Positions 24,144 through 32,243 of a stretch of DNA of 32,243 bases are shown in pieces. Location of the stretch: assembly GCA_000934665.2 (NCBI GenBank), contig JYFJ02004435.1, forward strand, positions 1 to 32,243, in the 5' to 3' direction. The position numbers and the translations under genes were made by a program. This stretch comes from Catajapyx aquilonaris (Eukaryota). Every line of letters begins with the position of its first letter. Positions within the stretch are counted from its first letter, which is position 1. The notes under the pieces are model-generated. The model did not search any database. It was not told where the DNA came from and was given only the letters and a program-made list of their open reading frames with translations.

Positions 24144-27100
24144 GCGGACCAGGCAGCGACATCCGACGGTCAAGTGCCGAAGTAACAGGGTGCAGAAGTA
24201 AGCGAGTTGCCACCCAGGAGGTGTCGCCCCGCGCCCGGAACGGCGTTTATGGGAATTACGTGAAAAGGTCGCGGTGTGTGTTTTTTTAGGCGGTCGGAGT
24301 TTTTTTGCGTTTTATAAATTCCCTTGACACTATTTCCAAAAAAAAAAAAAAAAGTTTATTGCAAATATAGAAAACGCGGGCTCTATTTTGACATAACTCC
24401 CAATGTTGTAGGCCGTACACAGCGGGAGGAGCTGCCCTCACAGTGGGGTATTAATAATAGAGATAAAAATAATACAGTAACTATACGTTGGGAGCTATTC
24501 CGTCTGTACTGTTAAGATGGCCTTGACATAATATCCCAATCCGTGCCAAACTATCTGCAGCTTATTAATAACCCACGAAATCTGTTGCCAATCCTACCCG
24601 GAAATCCGTTGCAGATGAGCCCCCCAACACCCACCCACATTTGCCATCTAATGGCACACTCTATCACTATACAGTAGTTCTCATTGTGTTTTTTCACCCC
24701 CCCCCCNCCCCCCTCTCTTTATCTACCCCACCTCCCCCATTCGCTTGACGTCATGAATGCGCATCGACCGGATTTTCCGGAGAGAAGGTTGCAGGGGGAG
24801 ACAAACTCTGTTTTCCCTCCTTGTGGGCGCCACCAAATCTCTAGCCAGCATCCATCCATAGGCGCTCAGACCTAAATGCTGGCTCTGTACCTAACTTGAA
24901 GAGTAATCGCGGCAACGTCGCTCGTAAATGGTCAGTTGATCGATGTTGAAGGCTGCTCTAGAATAGTCGGTGGAAATCTCACAGCATCCACTAGTCCCAT
25001 ACAACTCTTGTCCATTGGATTATTTGGGCACCACCTTTTTGCGGCTGTTTTGGGGTAAGCTGGATTGTTGTATTACCCCCTCATGCTGTCATGTCTAGTT
25101 AGAGTACAGGTACTTTTTTTTGTGGAATGGGATCAGGTGTTGTAATGGGATGTTGCTCGTTATGAGTTCTGGCAGGTTGGGGCGCTAGGGCGATTGAAAA
25201 AAATCCCTAACCTTATTAGGCAAATTAGGGTTTATGCAAATTGGTATTGGCATATCGGGCTGATTCGGTCAAACGAGAGAGAGTTTTTTAAAAAAAAATT
25301 GATCCTGACTGTATAAAGCTGGGCCAATTATTGGAGACCTTTTATGTAGATCCTGCTTGTTACACGGTATATATTGTAAAGCCGATAAGTTATATAGTAC
25401 CTTGCGCAACAGGTAGGGAAAATCGAAGGGAAGCTCATTTAGCTCTGATTTCCGCCCACAAGTGACAACCAGCTCAGATGGCGTGCACAAGCCAATTATA
25501 AGACGCAATTAAGCAATTAGTGTCATTCTCTGTTGGGCTTGTCGTCGGCATCAATACTGAACTGTACCATATAGCTGAGTCGTAAAGGATGACTCAGGCA
25601 AATGATGAAAGACGTACACAACTGCGTAGGTAGTACTTGTAGCACCTTGTATATATATACTGTTGCAAAAGTGGCATAATTACATGAGAAATCCACCAAT
25701 TTAAAAAAAAATCAGTTGGGAGATAATCAAAAAGAATTGGACTTTTCACTGGTAGTAAATACAGAGAATCCTGGCTTACTGGCTCATTAGTCATTATCAA
25801 TTCTTTAGGACTTCAACAGGTGTTGGAGCAATATGTGTGTGTGTGAAGACCGTCTAGAAATATTAGGATTTTAGAAGTACAAGTAGTACAAAAAAGAACA
25901 GTGAATAAACTAGAACAGCGGTCTAATTTTGGTATACCGAGCATCGTGCACTTATCAACATTCGAATGCTGCTTTAAAAGTCAGCAAAAAGTGGTGATAT
26001 GAGTAATCATTGTACATCATGGGAAAACGTCATTTGTGCATGGTTTCATGTGCAGGAATTATATTAAAATTGGCTAGTCCATGTTTAAATATATATTCAG
26101 TGCTCTATAGGCAGGTATAAATTGCCAATTCAAATTATTTTTATGTCAAATTGCTATAGTGGGTAGAAAAATTGAGGACAGCAATGCGGCTGTCGTGTGT
26201 TAACATTTTGGTCACGTCATACGTACAGTATAGGTGAGGGCTCAGAGGTATTCCGAGTGAGTCTTCCAGAAGAGGAACCTGTTAGTCTTATTGATATAGC
26301 CTAACCAGTAACCATAGACCCTGATCAAGAATCATGAACCTTATGATGGCTTAAACATTCTATATCCTCCCTTTTCGCTTTGAACTAAAACCACTTATAA
26401 CACCCCTAGTTAGTCAAAGTTCTTTTTCAATAAATTCATCGAAGCGGGTAGTATGTGAGTGCAAGCGCACTGGATCGGCTGAAAGGATATGAATTCCTGA
26501 GCTTCCACACATTCCAGTGGGTTTGCACTCCCATATTTTGCCCGGTACTTCATAGGATCCGGGCATACAGTTTCAGCGAATATGAGGTGAAAGTTGAGGT
26601 GAATTTCCCATGATCAGAGACCCGTTAATATTTTGTCGCTACTCGCACCTGTTGGATCCAATTAAATTCTTCGCGCATGTTTTTATGCCACCATTGTTGT
26701 CGCTATTTCATAATAAGAATAATGGACGCAAAATTGAGTAGGCTACCGTACTTCTGACTAGTGTACACTCGTAACCTTTAACAATAGTACGAAGATTTTT
26801 TTATGAAGCAGCAATGATTGCTTTGGTTGTTACCTTTGTTGGGTACCCAACCAAATGAAATTTGATATTTTCACAGTAATAAGACAAGAAAACGCTCAAT
26901 AACCACTTAATGCATCGGCTGTAATATTGGTCCTGTTTATCTAAATCGTCGCTGCTACGCAGTATGCACACTACATTTTGTAAATGGACATGGTTCTATC
27001 AAAATTAAGCTTCATTATGGTTAAAAGTGGGCCACGTTCTCGAATTATTAACTCTTCCCATCTAGTTAATTGCTGTATTTGTCCATTTGTGTGCGCCTAA

Positions 27101-30100
27101 CTGACAGTATTCACATCGCATAATATCATATTGCATTTCCGAATTTTAGGACGTCACAGATCTGTGTATATTAAAAGTATTGCTGGTTTAGCTGAATAGT
27201 GCTGACGCTGAAGACCATCAGTAAAAAACGATCGTATATTGCGGGCGTGGCACTTTTTCTTGGAAGCGCTGATTTACGGACCAGTGAAATCATTATTCTA
27301 AAACTAAGGTTATAAAGTGATGATTCTCTCTGTGTGCGCAGGGTGTGGGCCGCTCTTGCTGAAACTACATAATAAACCTCAGTTGAGTGAGCCTCATTGA
27401 CGCGTTAGTAAACTTACCTAGCTGCTGCATCAAAAGGTCACGGCTGAAAATAACTTGCTAAACAGGCTAACGTTGTTGACTTAACAACAGCCAACAGGCT
27501 CATTGTTTTCATGTACTCTACATCGTAATCATGATATTACAGTCTGCTAATAAAATCAAGCAGTGCATTGAGCATTATATACCACGTGTTAATATTTATT
27601 TACGTACAATATTTTGAAATGATTTCATTTTCGAAAGGTTCTGCCATTGATTCTCTTTTGTACAGGTGATTGCCAGCCCAGTCCAGCTCAGTGTTGGCCC
27701 CCGTGCTCGGTACCCAATTCGGTGTGTACCTCCAGCAACGTGTGCTCCTGCGTCAAAGGCCTGCTTCCACGATACGAGAAAGTGGGTTCTGCTTCCACAC
27801 CGCAAATAACCTACCGATTGGCCGGCTGCGACATCATCATGAGGTCAGAGGGCGACAACCACAGCACCATGGGCGGACCGGGATCATACGATGCCCGAGA
27901 AGGACAAATTCTTGCTCAGTACTATCCAGGTTCGTATATTCATGACCACTCAACAGTAGATGTGACGACCTGAAATGTAGAACAATCACAAATAGTCGAG
28001 ACAGTTTTCTGATAGATCAATTACAGTCCCATACACAAATTAATATTTGAAATAAAAAATAATTCATGAGGGAAAATGCCATTTTGGCTAGAGAGACCAC
28101 AGACGGTAGGTGGTGGCTGGGGGAGTGGCTGTGTCGCAAAAACGGTGCAGGCAGGCTGAAGGATAGGCGTGTGTCCGTTGAAGATAGGTCTGTATCCGTA
28201 AGGAAGGAAGGTTAGGTTAGGTTAGGTTGGGTTAGGTTGGGTTGGGTTGGGTTGGGTTGGTACAGCTACAGCATACCCCTTCCCCTGCCACATTCGGTCT
28301 GTCATTACAAAATCCAAAAAAATCATTACTTGCATCCTTGCGTTTGCGACACAGCCACTGCCCCCGTCCACTACTCGCCCTCCCGACTCTGATTCTGATA
28401 TCGAGATCATTCCAATGTGACTATGATCGCTCTGTATTTCAGGTCTTCATATTCAGCAGTACTTGTTTGTTTATAAAAAAGTACTAAAGGCTCATGAGCG
28501 GAACTAAGTACTGTATTATTCACATAATTATTGTCTCCGCACTTCTTTCAGACTTTATTGGCGTGCCGTAATAAAACAAAGAGAAACAATTGGTCACCTG
28601 GTAGTTTGGGTTTAAAACAGCATGAAACCGGTTTTTTAAAACTGTGGGGGCAAAGCCTGTTGGTTTTACATTCTGCTGAGTCTCCTTTGTTTTACATATT
28701 CCGAGAATGAACTAGAATATAGCTTGGGAACACAGACGTAGAACAGCGCCCTCGAGGCTGGTTTTGCATGCAGAAGTATCATCTTTCAGGCTCTGCTGAT
28801 TCACTTTCACATTCCAGTTTTGTAGCAGTAAAACAAAGCGCCCGCTTCCTCTCCGGAATGCCCAGTAATATTACTTATCTATTTACATAGTCGTTTCACT
28901 GCGCATATTGCGTTGACAGAATTAGTAACACTCATCTGCTGGGTGAACCTTTAAAAAACCTGCCTGGTTTGTAATTAACAATGGAAAAAACGTCATATTT
29001 TTTCGCGTTTTTCTATGTGAAAAAAGTGACAAATTAGGTTTTGCGAATCAAGTGTAGAAAATATTTGACAAGAGATGTTCCCTGAGATGCATTTTTATAA
29101 CACGCTATGGGGTTCTCACATTTACATTACGTGTGGCGGCAGATCTCACAGACGACCTAGCCGCAAGACTTGTTTTATATGGTCACTTCCTGCGGTGTTC
29201 TTGACCTTGGAATATAGCGCCAGGGTCAGTGAAACCACTGTAATTGATACAGATTGCATGTTACAGTTTTTTATATGAGTCATTGCAATTTTGCTTAATT
29301 TGCATAGAATATATTTGTTCTTTTTCTTACTTGTGAACAGAGGAAGGAGAAGTTAGCTTTTGGATGTTCGCCATGATTGGCGTGGGATGTGTCTTCGTCG
29401 TATTCGTTGCCGTCACCATCTACCTCATGTGGTAAGTGTGATCTTGATTTTGTTTTCGTGATAATTATCATCATCATCATCATCATCATCGATATTGGCC
29501 TTTTTTTTACGTCCTCTCCTACTACAGTTAGACGTGTCTTGCAGTGGTTGTATAGGCCTATATGCATTCAACTAACGAAAGTACACTGTGCATTGTGTTT
29601 GACAATCCATGGACTGCGCAGTATCATGTTGAAATATGACCACATACTATAGGTACAGTGCGTATGTGGCAATGGCTCTTAAATATAGGCTACATATCAG
29701 GATGGAATGGGCGTGGATTTGCACGCTCATGTGTATAGATAATTGTGCATTATTCGTTCTATAAAATGAGTAGCTCCTATAGCATTTGGATGCCACTGGC
29801 CACTGAAGTTCACCACATAATAAAGTGTGGAAACAACACCATGAGAACATTAGAATACCTCCATTGCAAATACCAACCAAGAATATAGCATTTCCTACAG
29901 AATATTAGTAACACGATAAATTAATACAATATTAGAATTTCTTCTTATAAATAGTCATGCAAATTTTCAGAAAACTTTTGCCATAGGACTCCCTAATGGT
30001 AGTTCTGTAGTTATTACACTTTCAGAATAATACTCTATTTTGCTCTGTAGAGCTTTTTGTCTTCGTGGTACTGCAATATTTCGTTTTCATTATTAAGTGA

Positions 30101-30405
30101 GCTCAAAAAGACCTTCGTGCATACATTTGCACAGGTGTCCGAAGTACTTCAGCTGTAAATATACGCTCTGGTCAGTTTTCGTCATTGCCTCATTATTACA
30201 ACACACGAGTGGATTTGAATGTAAATTACATTAAAACCTACCCCCTACACAAGAATGTCCAACTGCATAACGCAAAAAAAAAAACAATCTTCTTATTTTC
30301 AGTCACACATCACCACGAGATCCTCCAATGAGACGTCAGACCACAATGACAACTACAACAACAGCGACGATACGCCATTTGCCGGCTCGGGAGTCGCCAC
30401 CGTGA
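9042..30405 (+). CDS. THSD7A: Thrombospondin type-1 domain-containing protein 7A/7B-like, 19 coding exons, about 1515 aa
   Basis: Join 9042-9144, 9720-10281, 12053-12298, 12362-12693, 15080-15185, 16387-16537, 16615-16822, 16881-17213, 17274-17489, 19291-19684, 19742-20237, 20310-20557, 20654-20778, 21147-21295, 21380-21626, 21712-21885, 27666-27929, 29341-29431, 30303-30405. All introns are GT-AG, phases match and the total is 4548 nt. Repeated WxxWxxC...R-x-R...GG-x-PCP TSP1 motifs. YMWRTGSWGEC, QSKPCPLRPCYRWQ, CWPPCSVPNSVC and the TM W...IYLMC match THSD7A segments as I recall them. Probably co-orthologous to THSD7A and THSD7B. Confidence 0.93.
9720..10281 (+). CDS. THSD7A: THSD7-like coding exon 2
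   Basis: ttag|GA-SWGECYPTSGLDCGLGIRKRSLWC...QDCVVGPFSGWSPC...MDL-R|gtgagt. Extends the 9905 ORF upstream without stops. Confidence 0.92.
12053..12298 (+). CDS. THSD7A: THSD7-like coding exon 3
   Basis: cag|...SCTHSLP...QDCVVGEWSPW...GGEPCPHL...CTH|gtgagt. Confidence 0.9.
12362..12693 (+). CDS. THSD7A: THSD7-like coding exon 4
   Basis: tag|YKWLAAPWSKC...CGGGVQTR...CEVPCPRDCTVGPWGPWGSC...SQE-G|gttagt. Confidence 0.9.
13912..13957. mobile_element. 46-bp palindromic mini-element with 7-bp TSD
   Basis: CAAATATTATATACGCGCTACG|CGTAGCTCGTATATATAATATTTG flanked by CTCTTAC at 13905-13911 and 13958-13964. Confidence 0.75.
14904..14975 (+). pseudogene. tRNA-like element (tRNA pseudogene or SINE head)
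   Basis: Acceptor stem CCCCTG/CAGGGG, D arm GCTC-AGTGGTA-GAGC, T arm CCAGG-TTCGATT-CCTGG; non-canonical anticodon arm. Confidence 0.7.
15080..15185 (+). CDS. THSD7A: THSD7-like coding exon 5
   Basis: tttcaacag|GYRLRVRHIQVAPSPGGMPCSALQEVQSCSDPACH-R|gttggg. Confidence 0.88.
15859..16177 (+). mobile_element. Full-length tRNA-derived SINE with V-SINE-like core and (TTA)n tail
   Basis: A-box TGGTCTAGTGG (15870); B-box GAGTTCGGTCC (15914); core TTCTCTCCGTGTTCGCGTGGGTTTTC..CTCCAGTTTCTTCCC; tail approx. 16104-16177; TSD TAC(A/G)CCGAATA at 15848-15858 and 16178-16188. Confidence 0.85.
16387..16537 (+). CDS. THSD7A: THSD7-like coding exon 6
   Basis: ctgcag|WEVGPWSSC...QCGDGMRVRRVDCISLGG|gtaagt. Confidence 0.9.
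16615..16822 (+). CDS. THSD7A: THSD7-like coding exon 7
   Basis: tttttccag|VKVEPHHC...CRLPCPFDCVLGEWSSWTPCSRPC...PAGP-G|gtgagc. Confidence 0.9.
16881..17213 (+). CDS. THSD7A: THSD7-like coding exon 8
   Basis: ttttcag|GGHPCPD...PCNTHSC...RSREVWC...CPDHCDP|gtatat. Confidence 0.9.
17274..17489 (+). CDS. THSD7A: THSD7-like coding exon 9
   Basis: ttttacag|...HRRRRHRRVC...EEEEEEVEDCPC...WSVSEWSEC...CGRGYRVR|gtcagt. Confidence 0.85.
17626..17908. mobile_element. Tc1/mariner-type foldback MITE
   Basis: TA|CAGTG...CACTG|TA with about 130-bp imperfect inverted arms, e.g. GTGCAAATCGAAGTGATAGAGTG / CACTCTATCACTTCGATTTGCAC. Confidence 0.8.
18978..19047 (-). pseudogene. Mariner transposase relic
   Basis: GKVGASVFWDAD, then after a frameshift INYLPIGT; compare the mariner motif GKVMASVFWD.xG..IDYL.KG. 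Confidence 0.65.
19291..19684 (+). CDS. THSD7A: THSD7-like coding exon 10
   Basis: tttctag|ALACLEEG...CAVSQWSEWDRC...CGVGKRFRRLAC...AEP-R|gtgagg. Confidence 0.9.
19742..20237 (+). CDS. THSD7A: THSD7-like coding exon 11
   Basis: ttttttccag|MCG...CPVDCRVGEWSSWSPC...CPGDCAVSEWSEWSECPK|gtgagt. Confidence 0.92.
20310..20557 (+). CDS. THSD7A: THSD7-like coding exon 12
   Basis: ttttcag|PCSTNVHRRRTRAVLRPP...CGEGLKTRKAVCRRSDG...|gttcgt. Confidence 0.9.
20581..20615. repeat. Perfect 17-bp-arm inverted repeat in a short intron
   Basis: TAGAATTATTTTCTTAA-C-TTAAGAAAATAATTCTA. Confidence 0.9.
20654..20778 (+). CDS. THSD7A: THSD7-like coding exon 13
   Basis: catttcag|ACEGK...CSVDCPINCEVSEWTSWNDSHCTCAKL|gtaggg. 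Not in the ORF track. Confidence 0.88.
21147..21295 (+). CDS. THSD7A: THSD7-like coding exon 14
   Basis: atatag|DGEMVRKQ...GRPCPSQLIQSKPCPLRPCYRWQRSDWGTCDLQ|gttcgt. Confidence 0.9.
21380..21626 (+). CDS. THSD7A: THSD7-like coding exon 15
   Basis: ttttcag|GADCGHGMTRREVTC...VDDSLC...CEGECQVTEWGTWGRC...GEK-G|gtatgg. Confidence 0.9.
21712..21885 (+). CDS. THSD7A: THSD7-like coding exon 16
   Basis: tttctag|GGYQTRSRSVLRLP...PCPLALWETRPC...SCQES-G|gtgagt. Not in the ORF track. Confidence 0.85.
22817..23106. mobile_element. Spacerless palindrome of about 290 bp (foldback element)
   Basis: Arms meet at CGCC|GGCG (22962/22963) and include a 47-bp perfect inverted match; a possible outer match TGATGTCAG/CTGACATCA lies at approx. 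22761 and 23158; TSD not identified. Confidence 0.8.
23979..24029. repeat. (TAA)n microsatellite
   Basis: Direct reading. Confidence 0.95.
24087..24142. repeat. (GA)n microsatellite
   Basis: Direct reading. Confidence 0.95.
27666..27929 (+). CDS. THSD7A: THSD7-like coding exon 17 (Cys-rich juxtamembrane module)
   Basis: ttttgtacag|GDCQP...CWPPCSVPNSVCTSSNVCSCVKG...QYYP|gttcgt. Confidence 0.88.
28209..28261. repeat. (GGTTA)/(GGTTG) pentamer array
   Basis: GGTTAGGTTAGGTTAGGTTGGGTTAGGTTGGGTTGGG... Confidence 0.9.
29341..29431 (+). CDS. THSD7A: THSD7-like coding exon 18 (transmembrane helix)
   Basis: Pyrimidine tract then gaacag|EEGEVSFWMFAMIGVGCVFVVFVAVTIYLM|gtaagt. Confidence 0.9.
30303..30405 (+). 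CDS. THSD7A: THSD7-like probable last coding exon (cytoplasmic tail)
   Basis: ttattttcag|(C)HTSPRDPPMRRQTTMTTTTTATIRHLPARESPP*. Restores a Cys after the TM; AATAAA follows at 30709. No recognisable homology, and other acceptors exist upstream. Confidence 0.6.
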
Positions 30406-30708
30406 TGCAATTTCCACTTGTTTTTCTACCCTTCCCTGCATCGTCTGGGGAACATGATTGTGCATTTGCCCCTTTCAGAAAAGACACCCTTCAGCTCAAA
30501 GTGACACCGTGGAGATGTGCCTGTGTGCTATCGTGCATTAGCTTTAGTATCCCTTTTCTTCCTATACCTACAACTCTTCGCTCTTTGCCTGTCTTTCGCT
30601 ATAACTCATGCTTCCGTCAACATCAATTCCCGTCCGGCAGGAAACAAGAGCGCCGCCCAAATACGACAACGTCCGCCATGTTTGTATACATTTTAGTCCT
30701 AAGAAGCC

Positions 30709-30714
30709 AATAAA
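30709..30714 (+). terminator. Candidate polyadenylation signal
   Basis: AATAAA about 300 nt after the predicted stop. Confidence 0.4.
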
Positions 30715-31209
30715 CGGGGCTTCACGCTCTAAGAAACATGTGCTGCTTAGTATTCACAATTCAGCATTGGACACACTGCGGCTTAGTCTGAAAAATTGCC
30801 TAAGCGCTTTTTTGAAGGAGAAGGGGGGGGGGGTGTCTATATTTTGACACTTCCACCCATTGTTATTCACGCCATCCTTTTTTCAGAAACTCCATAAAAA
30901 TTACATGGGCCCTCGCACCTTGGCACCCGGATGTGGTCTAAGCTGGTCGGAATATTCCTCAGTGTTTTGCAATCAGAATGACTTCTGGTTTATTCACATT
31001 TTGTGCTGAGCTGTATAAATCCTGCATAATAAATCTTAAATTTTTTAAATGGCGGGATATGGAGCAGGAGTATAATTATTTTGTCTTTTGCTTGCATTCT
31101 AACAATGTGTCTCAGCTATAGTGACACTTTCATATCATGATGTTACATGTGTGCGTGCAATACGTGCGTATTTCCAGTGGCGGCTTCTGGGCATGGGAAT
31201 GTGCCCATG

Positions 31210-31841
31210 GGGGGGTCATTTACTCAGAAAGAAATTGAGGGAGAGGCGCGTGTGTACATTAGGAAGAATTGTCCTGGGATCAAATAAACATCAGGATCAC
31301 GACGCAAAATGTGGAACAATTTCCGTGGTCATGCGATGCTGGGAGAGCATGAAACATACTTTACACATTAACTGACCGTGTGAACGTATATTCATTGCAA
31401 ATATTACTGTCATATTTGACGCCTCATAGGAGCAAGTCATATGGCACACAGGAAAAACATTTTGCTAATAAATTGAGTTAATGATAACTTGTGTGTGACT
31501 GGTGTAGAAGCAAGGGAAGAGGCACTCACTAAGGGGGGAACACTAAAATAATGAGCATGTAATGGCCTCTTCACATGGGGAGGAAGCTTGTGACATGGTA
31601 GGCTTCACTGTGGCCAATTATAGCTGGAGTTTTCTTAGACATGGATGATGATGGAGCGCCTTGGAACTGCCAAGAATATTAGCCTAACTTCTGCGCCACC
31701 CCGACCTCTCCGTGACTCTGGTGACCACTTCTCCGTGAAGACTGACGACACCACATATCCGGTGGACAAGAGCCAACGGCCTCGCCACAGGTAGGGGTAG
31801 GTATTTTCTTGACCAATCCCATGCTTCCAAGACATTCCCCG

Positions 31842-31906
<65 letters not shown>
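31210..31906 (+). mobile_element. Possible decayed 3' end of an RTE-like LINE with (TAA)n tail
   Basis: LRKKLRERRVCTLGRI and later RSKGR and GL.TW/EACDM fragments weakly resemble RTE ORF2 C-termini. The (TAA)n at 31844-31906 is certain; the LINE call is tentative. Confidence 0.3.
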
Positions 31907-31908
<2 letters not shown>

Positions 31909-32243
31909 TACTTAATTAATAAAAATAAAACAGTGTTGTGGCAATACTGCAGGGACTAATACGGTACCGTACATATAGTTAGCGCCTTTGGGGGGATGGG
32001 AAGGATTAAAATAATAAAAGTGATCCAAGCGTCAAACACAACAGAAAGTGCACAGAGACTACAGACATACCGGTACCGTATACGTATGTGAAGAGCTCCT
32101 ACTACTTGTAGTTTGTAAGAAAGTAATAATATCGGCATAACACAGATTTTTAAAAACAACCCAGTCCTGCGAGTAAACTCCAATAACAAGCCAATTTGCA
32201 AGTGATGTAACTGACAGCAGATGAGGTAGATGGCCTTAGGTCA

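Noticed and set aside
23930..24289. 119-aa ORF with poly-Ile and ER repeats
   Set aside because: Translation of the (TAA)n and (GA)n microsatellites
24587..24793. Weak inverted repeat CCGGAAATCCG / CGGATTTTCCGG
   Set aside because: Short, no TSD, and spans a low-quality C-run containing an N
30255..30713. 152-aa ORF over the last exon
   Set aside because: Wrong frame for the phase-2 junction from the TM exon and no recognisable domain
1..32243. CRISPR array, rRNA or prokaryotic operon-type system
   Set aside because: No regularly spaced repeat-spacer units and no long unspliced ORFs; the window is spliced eukaryotic DNA

Overview
Eukaryotic (invertebrate-like) genomic DNA. It contains one apparently complete plus-strand gene for a thrombospondin type-1 domain-containing 7A/7B-like (THSD7-like) type I membrane protein. 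I assembled it by hand from 19 coding exons (9042-30405). All introns are GT-AG with compatible phases, giving a 4548-nt CDS (about 1515 aa): signal peptide, alternating TSP1/spondin-type repeats, Cys-rich juxtamembrane module, one TM helix and a short tail. The last exon is the least certain. The upstream 9 kb and the large introns carry many small non-autonomous elements: P-like MITEs with 7-bp TSDs, PIF/Harbinger MITEs, Tc1/mariner-type MITEs, TTAA-flanked elements, tRNA-derived SINEs with (TTA)n tails, a mariner transposase relic and microsatellites. The most unusual signals are (1) frequent, often stacked TA-xxx-TA words resembling DNA-transposon excision footprints, (2) a 46-bp spacerless palindrome with a clean 7-bp TSD, (3) a P-like MITE carrying promoter-type motifs and a splice donor, and (4) a tRNA-shaped element with a remodelled anticodon arm. 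I found no CRISPR, rRNA or prokaryotic system, and nothing I can claim as a new biological system. Family assignments rest on remembered motifs, not database searches.
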